DNA from: an uncultured Clostridia bacterium
GTDB lineage: Bacteria > Bacillota > Clostridia > UBA1381
Reading direction: 5' to 3'
Assembly (NCBI GenBank): GCA_904395315.1
Contig: CAJFNT010000048.1
Location: 2,387 to 66,386, forward strand
Length of the DNA: 64,000 bases
The notes beneath the pieces are model-generated. The model had not been told where the DNA came from. It did no database searches and saw only the letters and a list, made by a program, of their open reading frames with translations. Each line of letters opens with the position of its first letter. The stretch's first letter is position 1. A program made the translations under genes and the position numbers. Below, piece by piece: positions 1 to 10,433 of the stretch.

Positions 1-181
1 AACAATAATATTATATGTATGAAGCAGACTATATTATAAATAAGTGTATCATATAATATGAAAAAATTCAACCTGAATTATGTTATTTCATAGCATTTTT
101 ATAAAAAATTCATAAATTGAATGTATCATAAACTACGAATTCAATAATTTTTTATTGATTAAAAAGCGCAAAATAATGATA

Positions 182-210
182 TTGACTAAAAAGCAAAATA
201 ATGATATAAT
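182..210 (+). promoter_or_regulatory. Sigma-A-type promoter upstream of the SLH surface-protein gene
   Basis: TTGACT 182-187, 17-nt spacer, TGaTATAAT (TATAAT 205-210). A degenerate direct copy of the same ~26-nt block lies at 155-180. Confidence 0.5.
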
Positions 211-331
211 AAATTCAGATATATCGTAAATTTTATTTTATGTTCACACATAATAATTACGGTATTAAAAAAGGGAGATAATGGCATTGCTGCCCTGTCC
301 ATTATTTCACAAAAGGAAAGGATTTGATTTA

Positions 332-3300
332 ATGAAAAAGCAGCTTTCATTTATTTTGGCGCTTGTGATGATCATGACAACACTTTTTACCGCACTACCG
401 GTAAATGCGGCATTCAGTGACGTTGCTGAAGATTACAAGTACAAGAACGCCATCACTACATTGAGCAAACTCAACGTGATCAATGGATATGAAAACGGCA
501 CTTTTGAACCGGAAAAAAGCATAACACGTGCCGAATTTACAAAAATCATAGTTTATATGCTCGGCTATGATAGTTTTACTGAAAAGATAACCCAATTTGA
601 GGACGTAGACTCCAATCATTGGGCAAACGAAAACATAAAGGTCGCATATGATCTCGGTATAATAAACGGTTTTGACGATAAAACATTTAAACCGGATGAT
701 CCCGTTACATATGAACAGGCATTGAAAATGGTAGTCTGCACACTTGGCTATCAAACACAGGCTGAACAGCTGGGAGGTTATCCCGAAGGCTATCAGTCTG
801 AAGCATCAGCGCTTAAGCTAACAGATAAAATATCAGGAATCACATTCTCTGACAACGCAACCCGAGGAGTTGTCACTCAGATAATGTATAACGCGCTTGA
901 AGTTCCAATGGTAGATCCTGTTACGCTTTCATCCAGCGAGGGCAAAACTCTTTTGAACGACTATCTCAATGTGCATATTCTAAAGGGAACCGTTGTTGGT
1001 GTAGAAGATTCCACAACATCTGAGTGTACAAACGATCTTGGACCGGGTCAAATGGATATCCTTGATTCCAAGGGTGATGAATATGTGATCAATTTTACAG
1101 AATATACAGATTCAGCAACCGATTTAACCCCTTATCTCGGAAATACGATCGTTGTTTATTACAGACAGGATCGCAATTCCGATGACAGATGGCTTGTTGA
1201 AATAGACAGTGAAACATATTCGAATACCGAGGTAACCGTAAATTCTAAGAATATTGAGAATTATGATAATGGTACTTTATACTATTATCCCGATGATAGT
1301 TCACGTTCCTCAAGTCTGCGGTTTGACACATCAGAACTTACCATACGCTATAACGGCAGAGCTGTAACTGATGATGTGGATCTTGGCGATTCCAGCTACA
1401 GTCCCATTGAAGCTCTCAGCGAATGGCTGAATCCAAACTCTGATCACTTTATATACGGAACTGTCAGATGCGTAGATAACAATGAGTCAGGACGTTTCAA
1501 CGTAATAGACATATATGACTATGAAACAATAGTCGCATATAGAACACCTACCACAACAGATTATAAGATAACGGACAAAACTATAACAGGAAATTCCCTT
1601 ATTCTTGATCCGGATTCCGCCGAGTATACTTTCACAATAACTAAAAACGGCAATCCCATAAATACTACAGCGGTTTCCGCGGACGATGTTTTAAATTACG
1701 CCGTAAGCCTTGACGGTGAGCTTTATACCGTATATGACACAGACGAAAGTATAAGCGGCACAATAACCTCACTGATGCTTAATGACGATGGAAACAGCAG
1801 CATATATATCGATCAAGTAGAGTATCCTGTAAGTGACCGTTTCCTTTCGTATATTGAAAATAAGGAACAAAAGCAGCTAACAACAGGAATGCAGATAACG
1901 GCATACAAAGATATGTTCGGCACTCTTGAATGGGGCACAGTATCGGCCTCAACTGACTACTATCCTTATGCATATGTTATAAACTATGAAAGCGAGGGTG
2001 AGAATTATTATCTTCGTCTGTTCGCACCGACCAATACAAGTATAACAAGTTTTACCTCTACAACAGCATACAGAGTGAAGAGCTATAAGATCGCTGATAA
2101 GGTAAAGCTCAATAACAAGTCTTCGTCCGGACCAAGCGTTATAGAAACTCTTACAGAGACCGCCGAAACCGCTAACCCTGACGCTGATATACCCAACGCA
2201 AAAGTCACGCTGACCGGCGTTAATCAGCTTATAAAAGTCGGATTCAACGATTCGGATGAAATCAACCAGATAATAACTATCAACTCTGAAGCAGAAGGAA
2301 CTCAGAACGATGACAATGGCGCACTAGTACGCTATAAGATGATGGACCCAGAAGCAAAATATTATGTCTCAAGTTCAAGCGTAAAAGAATCAAACACAGG
2401 CGCAACATACTATTCAATACGGACAAGCACACCTATGTTCGTTATTCCTAAAGACAGAACCGACTACGATTCATACGCATTGAAATCAGCCGTAACGACA
2501 AACAGTATGACTTCTGGCGGCTCATACTATATAGACGCATACGATGTAAATACTACACGATATCCTACCTGTGTACTCGTATACAATACTAACTTCAAGA
2601 GCGGCACTGCAATAACGAGAACTACAGCATATCGTCTTGTTGCGGATGATATAGAAGAGGAGTATAATGAATCTGAGGGAGATGTATATGATATGCTCCA
2701 CACTTATAACTCTGCTACCTCGATCACCGATACACCGATATCACCTGATGCTCAAGACGATTTCAGCCTCATCAAAAAGGGAGACGTTATTCTCTATGGA
2801 ACAGATTCAGAAAACATGGCTGATTCATACATGAAAGTGCAGGATTTTGATGAGATATCGAGAGTACTTGATGGGGAGCCAATAACATACGTTGATGAAA
2901 ACGGTGAAGAAAAAACTGAAACATATGCATGGCTTGAAACACAGGAGCAAACCGAAGAAAATAATTGGCAGAAATACATATTTGATTGGAGATATCCAAA
3001 AACAGGAGTAACCGAACCGACTGATGACTATTTCCAGACGGGCGGCAATGTTACAAATATTTTCTCCAGAGCTGCAATGTTTAACGTTTTGCAGGTACTT
3101 CCTGATACCAATGCTATATATGTGACAAGAAGCGGATTCGACGAAAACGGTCAAATAGATGATTCAACTTACGATGAGATAAGAATATCATCATCAACAA
3201 AAATTGTCAGATATGATCCTGAAACCGAGGAATTTACACCTTATGCAGATGGAACTGAAGACACAGCTCTTACAATAACAGATCTCAAAGAAGCTATGTA

Positions 3301-3403
3301 CTACGGTGATGACTGCTCAAAGGTGCTTATAACGTATGTCTCAAGCACAACAAGCGCTTCTTCGACAACACCTACAGCAAGATTTATAGTTATCTATCAA
3401 TAA
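332..3403 (+). CDS. Large secreted SLH-domain cell-surface (S-layer-like) protein
   Basis: ORF 281-3403. ATG 332 preferred: SD AAAGGAAAGGA at 313-323 and signal peptide MKKQLSFILALVMIMTTLFTALPVNA. N-terminal S-layer-homology repeats (FSDVAEDYKYKNAITTL.., FEDVDSNHWANENIKVAYDLGIING..) are followed by ~850 aa of T/S/D/Y-rich sequence without catalytic motifs I recognise. Confidence 0.8.
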   Translation: MKKQLSFILALVMIMTTLFTALPVNAAFSDVAEDYKYKNAITTLSKLNVINGYENGTFEPEKSITRAEFTKIIVYMLGYDSFTEKITQFEDVDSNHWANENIKVAYDLGIINGFDDKTFKPDDPVTYEQALKMVVCTLGYQTQAEQLGGYPEGYQSEASALKLTDKISGITFSDNATRGVVTQIMYNALEVPMVDPVTLSSSEGKTLLNDYLNVHILKGTVVGVEDSTTSECTNDLGPGQMDILDSKGDEYVINFTEYTDSATDLTPYLGNTIVVYYRQDRNSDDRWLVEIDSETYSNTEVTVNSKNIENYDNGTLYYYPDDSSRSSSLRFDTSELTIRYNGRAVTDDVDLGDSSYSPIEALSEWLNPNSDHFIYGTVRCVDNNESGRFNVIDIYDYETIVAYRTPTTTDYKITDKTITGNSLILDPDSAEYTFTITKNGNPINTTAVSADDVLNYAVSLDGELYTVYDTDESISGTITSLMLNDDGNSSIYIDQVEYPVSDRFLSYIENKEQKQLTTGMQITAYKDMFGTLEWGTVSASTDYYPYAYVINYESEGENYYLRLFAPTNTSITSFTSTTAYRVKSYKIADKVKLNNKSSSGPSVIETLTETAETANPDADIPNAKVTLTGVNQLIKVGFNDSDEINQIITINSEAEGTQNDDNGALVRYKMMDPEAKYYVSSSSVKESNTGATYYSIRTSTPMFVIPKDRTDYDSYALKSAVTTNSMTSGGSYYIDAYDVNTTRYPTCVLVYNTNFKSGTAITRTTAYRLVADDIEEEYNESEGDVYDMLHTYNSATSITDTPISPDAQDDFSLIKKGDVILYGTDSENMADSYMKVQDFDEISRVLDGEPITYVDENGEEKTETYAWLETQEQTEENNWQKYIFDWRYPKTGVTEPTDDYFQTGGNVTNIFSRAAMFNVLQVLPDTNAIYVTRSGFDENGQIDDSTYDEIRISSSTKIVRYDPETEEFTPYADGTEDTALTITDLKEAMYYGDDCSKVLITYVSSTTSASSTTPTARFIVIYQ

Positions 3404-3411
3404 CTAGTAAT

Positions 3412-3441
3412 GGGCATTCCCTATAGGGAATGCCTGTTTTT
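3412..3441 (+). terminator. Intrinsic terminator of the SLH gene
   Basis: GGGCATTCCC-tata-GGGAATGCC hairpin followed by TGTTTTT. Confidence 0.75.
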
Positions 3442-3464
3442 AAATAAATACAAGGAGGAATACA

Positions 3465-3818
3465 ATGCTTGAATTCATATGCTATCCCAAGTGCACGACC
3501 TGCACAAAGGCACGAAAATGGCTTGATAAAAATGAAATAGAATACAGAGAACGCAATATCAAAGAAGATCGCCCTTCAGCAGACGAGCTGAAAAATATTA
3601 TTACTCTTTCGGGTGTTTCGGTAAGAAAACTATTCAACACATCGGGAAAACTGTACCGTGAAATGGGATTAAAAGATAAACTTCCCGATATGTCTGAAAA
3701 TGATATGATAGATCTGCTTGCTTCCGACGGTATGCTTGTAAAACGTCCTATCGCTATAAATGACAACACCGCTCTTATAGGCTTTAAAGAGACAGAGTGG
3801 GCAGAAAAACTTCTTTGA
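3465..3818 (+). CDS. ArsC/Spx-family thiol-redox protein (arsenate-reductase-like fold)
   Basis: 117 aa. N-terminal YPKCTTCTKARKWL (CxxC followed by KAR.WL) is typical of the ArsC/Spx/MgsR family. SD AAGGAGGA lies 7 nt upstream. Confidence 0.7.
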   Translation: MLEFICYPKCTTCTKARKWLDKNEIEYRERNIKEDRPSADELKNIITLSGVSVRKLFNTSGKLYREMGLKDKLPDMSENDMIDLLASDGMLVKRPIAINDNTALIGFKETEWAEKLL

Positions 3819-3820
3819 AC

Positions 3821-4567
3821 ATGGCGAGCAATGATAATATACTAAGGATCTTAAACGAGTCAGCCGAAAATATAGGCTGGCACAATCCATATGATCAGGA
3901 ACTCCGCGAACAGGACAGTATCCGCCGCGGAGATATTGAAGCTCTGAAATCATGCTGGGAAGAAAAATATGAGGGAAGCATCGGAACACTTGCACTTGAC
4001 CCGCTGCGCAATATAAAAAACATTGCCATAGGAGTGATAACACTTTCATCAAGGAGTGCGATACAGGGCGGACTGAATCCGGAAACAATATTCTCGCTTG
4101 TCGATGCGGTCATTCTTAATATTGAGCAAAAACTAAAGACATGCGAGGAAGTGCTTGAAACGATACACAGCACACAGTTGACTCTTGCCTCAATGGTGCA
4201 TGACACACATAATTCCTCATCGTTCAATCCCATGATCTCAAAGACAAAAGATTATATATTCAGAAACATCCACAGTAAGATCGTAATTGCAGAAATAGCG
4301 AAATGGCTTGGGTTAAATCCTGATTACCTATCAGATCTTTTCAAACGCACAGAAAACATCACGATAACCGACTATATCATGAAACAGAAAATGGAACTAT
4401 GCTGTAATATGCTGAAATTTTCAAACTACACCATACAGCAGATAAGCGCCTACTTTGGATTCTGTTCCCAAAGTCATTTCACAAAACAGTTCAAACGTTA
4501 TACAAACACAACGCCCGGAGCATACAGAAAAAAATTCGCTGTAACGAATTTCACAAAAAATATATAA
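3821..4567 (+). CDS. AraC-family transcriptional regulator
   Basis: C-terminal double helix-turn-helix (IAKWLGLNPDYLSDLFKR..., QISAYFGFCSQSHFTKQFKRYTNTTPGAYRK). Start uncertain: ORF opens at 3797, ATG at 3821, no clear SD. Confidence 0.7.
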   Translation: MASNDNILRILNESAENIGWHNPYDQELREQDSIRRGDIEALKSCWEEKYEGSIGTLALDPLRNIKNIAIGVITLSSRSAIQGGLNPETIFSLVDAVILNIEQKLKTCEEVLETIHSTQLTLASMVHDTHNSSSFNPMISKTKDYIFRNIHSKIVIAEIAKWLGLNPDYLSDLFKRTENITITDYIMKQKMELCCNMLKFSNYTIQQISAYFGFCSQSHFTKQFKRYTNTTPGAYRKKFAVTNFTKNI

Positions 4568-4714
4568 GAATTATAACAAAGCGCTAAGATTCATTGTAGA
4601 ATTCAAGCGCTTTTTATAATACAATTAAATATATAGGAGAGAGTAACTTCAATATATAAATGCGGCACAATGCGGACCTATGCTGCATAGAACTTTATAA
4701 GGAGGTAAATACAC

Positions 4715-7700
4715 ATGAAGGCAAAGAAATTTCTTTCGGCCATTACCGCACTGACTCTTTTGCCTGCAGCCGGAGCAATAACGGGCAGCACGCCCGAAGC
4801 TGAGGCGGCAGCATCGTCAGCGGTCACGGTTCGACTCAATCCTGCCGAAGCTTCTCCGTTTAACAATGGTGAATTCGAGGGATGGGGCACATCTCTCTGC
4901 TGGTGGGCAAACCGCCTTGGCTACAGCGATAAACTCACACAGGCTGCAGCAGACGCGTTTTTCTCGGATGAGGGACTGAGTCTCGATATCGGCCGATACA
5001 ACATAGGCGGCGGTGACGATCCATCACACACCCATGTAACACGATCAGATTCCAAAGTACCCGGGGTATGGGAAACATTCGAATATACGAACGATGAAGC
5101 GGATGTTGATATTACATCATACGATATAACAAATGATCAGAACCAGTTAAACATCGCGAAAGCGGCGCTTAAGGCGAACCCCGACATATACTTTGAAGGT
5201 TTCTCCAATTCGCCACCGTACTTCATGACAAACAGCGGATGTTCCAGCGGAGCCGTAAATGCCGGTGATAATAATCTGCGCGACAATATGTATGATGATT
5301 TTGCAAAATATATTGCAGAATCAACAAAACTTTTAAAAGATAACGGCATTGAGTTTGAAAGCTATTCGCCTATGAATGAGCCGGATACCACCTATTGGGG
5401 CGCAATGAGCAACAAGCAGGAAGGCTGTCACTACGATCCCGGCACAAGCCAGTCAAATATGATAGTTGAAACAAGAAAAGCCCTTGATGAGGCCGGGTTT
5501 AACGATGTGCTCGTAGCAGGTATGGATGAAACAAGTATAGACACATCCGTAAGAAATCTTGACAGTCTCACAGACGAGGCTAAAGAGGCTCTTGGCAGAA
5601 TAGATACTCATACCTACAGTGGTTCCAATCGTTCCGGGCTAAAGGCAAAAGCTCAGGAAATAGGCAAGGATCTATGGATGAGTGAAGTAGACGGAGGCTG
5701 GGACGGTTTTGGTCTTGCCGACAGGATCATTGCCGATATGAACGGCATGATGCCTTCCGCATGGGTAATGTGGGATATCATAGACGTCCATAAGGATTCC
5801 GATTTCCGTGATCCAAGCGGCAATGCGACAGAGGCAAACAACAGCGTATCATACACAGGCTCGCTCTGGGGCGTTGGCATGGCTGACCACGACTCTGAAG
5901 AGCTCGTTCTTACAAACAAATATTATATGTTCGGTCAGTTCACAAAATACATAGAACCGGGTGACACTATAATAGCATCTTCAAATTCAACTCTGGCGGC
6001 TTACAACAAAGAAAGCGGCGATATTAAGATAGTTGCAACAAACTCGTCATCCTCAGACAGAGATTACGTTTTTGATCTTTCAGCGTTCACAAATCCCGGA
6101 ACTACCGTAACAGAGATACGTTCCGACAGAGATGGTAATGAAAAGTGGGCGAATATCGAAGATGAAGCAACTCTTGCCGACAAAAAGATCACCACAACTC
6201 TCAAGGCAGGCACAGTTACAACATATGTAATAGAAGGTAACGGCCCTACAGATTATGCATACATTTCCGGAGGCGGAAGTCAGCTTGGATTAGGTGATTC
6301 TATAACGCTCACCGTTCTCTCAAATCTTGAAGACGCTGAAAATGTTGAATGGTCTGTTTCTGATACAAACATAGCAGAGATCACATCAGACGGTGTTCTT
6401 ACGGCAAAGAGCTCTGGAAAATTCACGGTGTATGCAACGATCGGAAATTTCACAACATCAAGAGATTTTGATGTGCCCCTATATAAACTTTCCGGTACAG
6501 CATCATGGAGCGACGGGTCGAACGAGCCCAAGGACAGTGATGACTATACCAAAGTAGCGGACGGTGACTTCAACACGTATTTCGACGGTGTATCGGGAGG
6601 ATGGGTAATGTATGACTACGGTGCTCCATATAAGCCTTCCGAGATACTTCTCGCTGCAAGAAGCGGCAATGGTATGGAAAGCAGAACAGTCGGCGGCACC
6701 GTTCAGGGGTCAAACGACGGCATAACCTGGACGGATCTTTACAAGATAAGCTCTGCCATCCCGGCCGACGAGTATACAACGATAACATCCGATATGCTCT
6801 CTAACAACTACGCATACAGATATTTCAGATACACAAATAACGAGAACATGACAAACATAGCTGAATTTCTCATTAACGGCACTCCTTCCGAAGATGTTGC
6901 CGAAGGTGAACCAAGTATAACAGATCTTGATGCTATGAGCGACAATTTTGAAAGTGATTCCAACATATTCAACGCTCCCCAGGGTGATCTTTCATCCAAC
7001 GGAGCACAAGTATATCCTTCCGGACTTGAGCGTTTTTCAAACGTATTCGCTCCGGTCAAGACAACATCAACAGCTTCACTTTCAGAACCGGTAAATCTCA
7101 GCTCAAACCAGCGGTTCAGATTCACATTTAATATGTTCGCGGGTTGGGAAGACAGCGGCCGCGATAACACTCTAAGCATAAAGGATTCTGAAGGGAATGA
7201 TGTGTTCTCAATGACTGTAAATGTGGGCAACTGCAATTTTACAGCCCTTTCACTCGGCGGAAAAGATATACTTAACGGCGCCACAGTCGTCGCACAGTGC
7301 CGAACAGCGCTCAGCGGCAGAACCGGCGCTAACGGATGGGATTCAGCAAGTCAGCCGTACAGAAATAACGTAGGCTACAATAAAACGCTCGAGCTGATCA
7401 TAGACGGCACCGGAAATGCATCACTCACGATCTCCGGAGGAACATCAGAAACTTATACTTTTACAGCAGTACTTGACACGCCTATAAATATTTCATCACT
7501 TGAAGTTGCAGGAGATCACAGGACATCTGTAAAACGCATAGTATGCTATGATAACTTTGATGCTGATATCATAACATACGCTTCAGATCTTCCTCCTGCA
7601 GAATCAGAGGATCCGGAAGAGCCGACAGATCCGCCCGTTCTTCCGGAAAACGGCGAACTGATAAGTTTGAACTTTGACAACGGCGATCTTACAAGCGGTT

Positions 7701-9655
7701 CAAGCTACGGCAAAGCAGAGGGAACTCCTAAATTTGTGACCGAGGATGAAAAAAACTGCGTCCAATTCGACGGAACAGCAGCAACACAGATAAAGCTTAC
7801 TGATGCAAACGGCAACAGCCTACTCACAGGTCTTGATGAAATGACTATCAGCTTCAAATATAAGCCGGCAGAAGCAACAACCTCGTGGATGTTCTATGCT
7901 GCTCCAAATGACAATACACAGACAAACAACCAGGAGAAATACATCGGTGCCCTTGTAAAGGACAACGGCATACAGGTTGAACGATATAACAACAGTGGCT
8001 CACGTCCCGCCGCTGCAGAGGGTGCGATAAACGCCAACGAATGGAATGACGTTTTGATAATTATGAACGAAAATGATGTATCGCTCTACATAAACGGTGA
8101 ATTTGTTTCGGATGTCGACTCGTCAGTTGATATTTCTGATATGCTCGGAGCAAACTCTGTCGCTTATATAGGAAGAGCTAATTGGGGCAATGGCGAATAT
8201 GCTACCGGCTATATGGATGACTTCGTTATATATGATCACAGTCTGCTTTCGGATCTCACTCCCAATGCGGATCTAACAAAAGTAACATCGGATATAGAAC
8301 TTCCGACGGATATAAACGGTAACGCTGTCACATGGTCATCTTCAGATGATTCGGTAATAACCAACACCGGTAAGGTAACAAGAGGAGCCTCCACCGTGAC
8401 TGTAACGCTTACTGCTAAGGTAACGATCAACGGTACAGAACTCACTCGCAGATTCGATGTGACCGTTATCGGCCTTGCATCTGCCGTAGATACATTCACT
8501 GCATACGCTGAAAACGGAACCGTATATTATACCGGCGCATATCCGGAGAATACGCCATACGACACATATGTAGCCATTCACGGATCAGACGGCAGTCTTC
8601 TTGGTGTAAGCATGAATACTGACAGCGGCAGCTTTTCAAACATCCCTGACGGTGAATATGAAGTAAGCTGCTATATCTGGGATGATCAGGATCCTCAGGT
8701 AAACGCAACAACCAAAAAAGTTACTGTAGGACCCGAACTTGATACTACCGCATATCTCTTTGCGCATTTCATGGATAATGAGGCAAATGCAGATGACGAG
8801 CAGATATACTTCTCGGTATCAAAGGACGGTCAGACCTGGACTACGCTTAACGACGGAGCTCCGGTGCTCACAAGCAATGTGGGTGAAAAAGGTGTAAGAG
8901 ATCCATACATCCTCCGCGGCGAGGGCGGCAAATACTTTATAATTGCCACCGATCTCAGTATATACAACAGAAAACAAACTCAGGGCAGCAATGCTTGGGG
9001 GCTTTCACAAACAGCCGGCTCACAAAGCATCGTCGTATGGGAAAGCACTGACCTTGTAAACTGGAGCGAGGCAAATCTCGTTAAGGTCGCGGTAGACAAC
9101 GCGGGCTGTACATGGGCTCCTGAAGCCATTTACGATCCCGAAAAAGACATGTATATGGTATTCTGGGCATCAAAAACATCAGATGACAATTACTCGAAAC
9201 AGTGCATATACAGAAGCTATACCGCAGATTTCCAAACGTTCACGGAGCCTGAGATCTATATTGAAGACGATGTGAGCAATATCGATACAACGATAATAGA
9301 TCATGAAGGTATATACTACAGATTCACAAAAAATGAGTCAAGATCCTCTATCATCATGGAAAAGAGCAATTTTCTTGATGGTAAATGGACGCCTGTAGAG
9401 ACATATAACCTCGGCGATATGACCGGCTATGAAGGTCCGGCCATATACAAGCTCAACGGTGAGGACAGTTGGTGTCTTCTCCTCGACTATTATTCAAAAA
9501 GCCAAGGATATAAACCTTTTGTGACAGATGATCTTACAAAAGGCATCTTCACACAGACATCTGATTTCACGTTCGACGGCACATACCGTCACGGTACTGT
9601 AATGCCGATAACCGATGCGGAATATAACGCACTCATTGAGGCATATGGCGATTGA
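4715..9655 (+). CDS. 1646-aa secreted multidomain glycoside hydrolase: GH30-like catalytic domain + Ig-like (Big_2) + F5/8-type-C (discoidin/CBM32-like) + LamG jelly roll + C-terminal GH43-like beta-propeller
   Basis: SD AAGGAGG and a signal peptide. GH30-type motifs: EGWGTSLCWWANRLG, YSPMNEPD, WMSEVDGG. Discoidin block: ADGDFNTYFDG...YFRY. LamG block: ISFKYKP...VSLYINGEF...MDDFVIYD. GH43-type blades: VRDPYILR, FIIATDLS, WAPEAIYDPEKDMYMVFWAS, GYEGPAIYK. Confidence 0.85.
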   Translation: MKAKKFLSAITALTLLPAAGAITGSTPEAEAAASSAVTVRLNPAEASPFNNGEFEGWGTSLCWWANRLGYSDKLTQAAADAFFSDEGLSLDIGRYNIGGGDDPSHTHVTRSDSKVPGVWETFEYTNDEADVDITSYDITNDQNQLNIAKAALKANPDIYFEGFSNSPPYFMTNSGCSSGAVNAGDNNLRDNMYDDFAKYIAESTKLLKDNGIEFESYSPMNEPDTTYWGAMSNKQEGCHYDPGTSQSNMIVETRKALDEAGFNDVLVAGMDETSIDTSVRNLDSLTDEAKEALGRIDTHTYSGSNRSGLKAKAQEIGKDLWMSEVDGGWDGFGLADRIIADMNGMMPSAWVMWDIIDVHKDSDFRDPSGNATEANNSVSYTGSLWGVGMADHDSEELVLTNKYYMFGQFTKYIEPGDTIIASSNSTLAAYNKESGDIKIVATNSSSSDRDYVFDLSAFTNPGTTVTEIRSDRDGNEKWANIEDEATLADKKITTTLKAGTVTTYVIEGNGPTDYAYISGGGSQLGLGDSITLTVLSNLEDAENVEWSVSDTNIAEITSDGVLTAKSSGKFTVYATIGNFTTSRDFDVPLYKLSGTASWSDGSNEPKDSDDYTKVADGDFNTYFDGVSGGWVMYDYGAPYKPSEILLAARSGNGMESRTVGGTVQGSNDGITWTDLYKISSAIPADEYTTITSDMLSNNYAYRYFRYTNNENMTNIAEFLINGTPSEDVAEGEPSITDLDAMSDNFESDSNIFNAPQGDLSSNGAQVYPSGLERFSNVFAPVKTTSTASLSEPVNLSSNQRFRFTFNMFAGWEDSGRDNTLSIKDSEGNDVFSMTVNVGNCNFTALSLGGKDILNGATVVAQCRTALSGRTGANGWDSASQPYRNNVGYNKTLELIIDGTGNASLTISGGTSETYTFTAVLDTPINISSLEVAGDHRTSVKRIVCYDNFDADIITYASDLPPAESEDPEEPTDPPVLPENGELISLNFDNGDLTSGSSYGKAEGTPKFVTEDEKNCVQFDGTAATQIKLTDANGNSLLTGLDEMTISFKYKPAEATTSWMFYAAPNDNTQTNNQEKYIGALVKDNGIQVERYNNSGSRPAAAEGAINANEWNDVLIIMNENDVSLYINGEFVSDVDSSVDISDMLGANSVAYIGRANWGNGEYATGYMDDFVIYDHSLLSDLTPNADLTKVTSDIELPTDINGNAVTWSSSDDSVITNTGKVTRGASTVTVTLTAKVTINGTELTRRFDVTVIGLASAVDTFTAYAENGTVYYTGAYPENTPYDTYVAIHGSDGSLLGVSMNTDSGSFSNIPDGEYEVSCYIWDDQDPQVNATTKKVTVGPELDTTAYLFAHFMDNEANADDEQIYFSVSKDGQTWTTLNDGAPVLTSNVGEKGVRDPYILRGEGGKYFIIATDLSIYNRKQTQGSNAWGLSQTAGSQSIVVWESTDLVNWSEANLVKVAVDNAGCTWAPEAIYDPEKDMYMVFWASKTSDDNYSKQCIYRSYTADFQTFTEPEIYIEDDVSNIDTTIIDHEGIYYRFTKNESRSSIIMEKSNFLDGKWTPVETYNLGDMTGYEGPAIYKLNGEDSWCLLLDYYSKSQGYKPFVTDDLTKGIFTQTSDFTFDGTYRHGTVMPITDAEYNALIEAYGD

Positions 9656-9677
9656 TACGCGCAAGGATTGATAAAAG

Positions 9678-9709
9678 GTGTTCGGGGAAATTCCCGGACA
9701 CTTTTTTTT
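9678..9709 (+). terminator. Intrinsic terminator of the glycosidase gene
   Basis: GTGTTCGGGG-aaatt-CCCGGACAC followed by T8. Confidence 0.75.
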
Positions 9710-9713
9710 ATAC

Positions 9714-9737
9714 AAAAAACGGCGGTGGATACCGCCG
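9714..9737 (-). terminator. Intrinsic terminator of mntP
   Basis: Minus strand: CGGCGGTA-tcc-ACCGCCG followed by TTTTTT. Confidence 0.65.
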
Positions 9738-9746
9738 AAATAATAA

Positions 9747-10322
9747 TTAAAATGATATGATACCGAGGTGCTCCAATAATATTTTTACACCAAGCAGGAT
9801 CAAAATTATGCCGCCTGCCAGCTCCGCCTTTGACTTGTACTTTACACCGAATATATTTCCCATCTTTACACCGACAGCGGAAAGTATAAACGTTATAACG
9901 CCTATCGACACAAATGCAAATATCAAATGCGCGACCCCATCTATCAGGAATGCGAATGTTATGCCGACCGCGAGAGCGTCTATGCTCGTGGCTACCGCCA
10001 TAACAAACATTTCTTTTGCGCCGAGAGAACTGTTCGGTTCCTCCTCTTCCTTAGAAAGCGCCTCTTTTATCATATTCGCGCCTATAAAGCCGAGAAGCAC
10101 AAATGCGACCCAATGATCTACAGGCGTTATGTACTTTTCAAATGCGGCGCCGAGAAAAAAACCGATCGCCGGCATCAGCGCCTGAAAACCGCCGAACCAA
10201 GCTCCAACGATACACGGTTCCTTTAACGATACTTTTTTCATCGCCAATCCCTTGCAGACCGCGACTGCAAAGGCATCCATTGAAAGACTTACTGCTATAA
10301 GCAAAAGCTCGATTATCCCCAT
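9747..10322 (-). CDS. mntP: Manganese efflux pump MntP
   Basis: 191 aa, 6 TM, duplicated LS(M/I)DAFAV / TSIDALAVG motifs typical of MntP/YebN. Confidence 0.85.
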   Translation of the reverse strand: MGIIELLLIAVSLSMDAFAVAVCKGLAMKKVSLKEPCIVGAWFGGFQALMPAIGFFLGAAFEKYITPVDHWVAFVLLGFIGANMIKEALSKEEEEPNSSLGAKEMFVMAVATSIDALAVGITFAFLIDGVAHLIFAFVSIGVITFILSAVGVKMGNIFGVKYKSKAELAGGIILILLGVKILLEHLGIISF

Positions 10323-10404
10323 ATAATATTCCTCCTAAACTTCAGGCAGCAAGATCCTTTTCTTCCCACATACCCTTTATATCCATTTATAACGCATAGG
10401 GATA

Positions 10405-10433
10405 ATTATATCATATCGAATTTTGTTTGTCAA
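10405..10433 (-). promoter_or_regulatory. Sigma-A promoter of mntP
   Basis: Minus strand TTGACA (10428-10433), 17 nt, TATAAT (10405-10410). Overlaps the stop codon of the upstream GNAT gene. Confidence 0.55.

Noticed and set aside
10323-10429. Looked for a yybP-ykoY Mn2+ riboswitch in front of mntP, its most common location.
   Set aside because: The leader between the TTGACA-17-TATAAT promoter and the SD is only ~75 nt. It has no GGGGAGUAG or AGCAAGAC blocks. The riboswitch in this window sits before the P-type ATPase instead.
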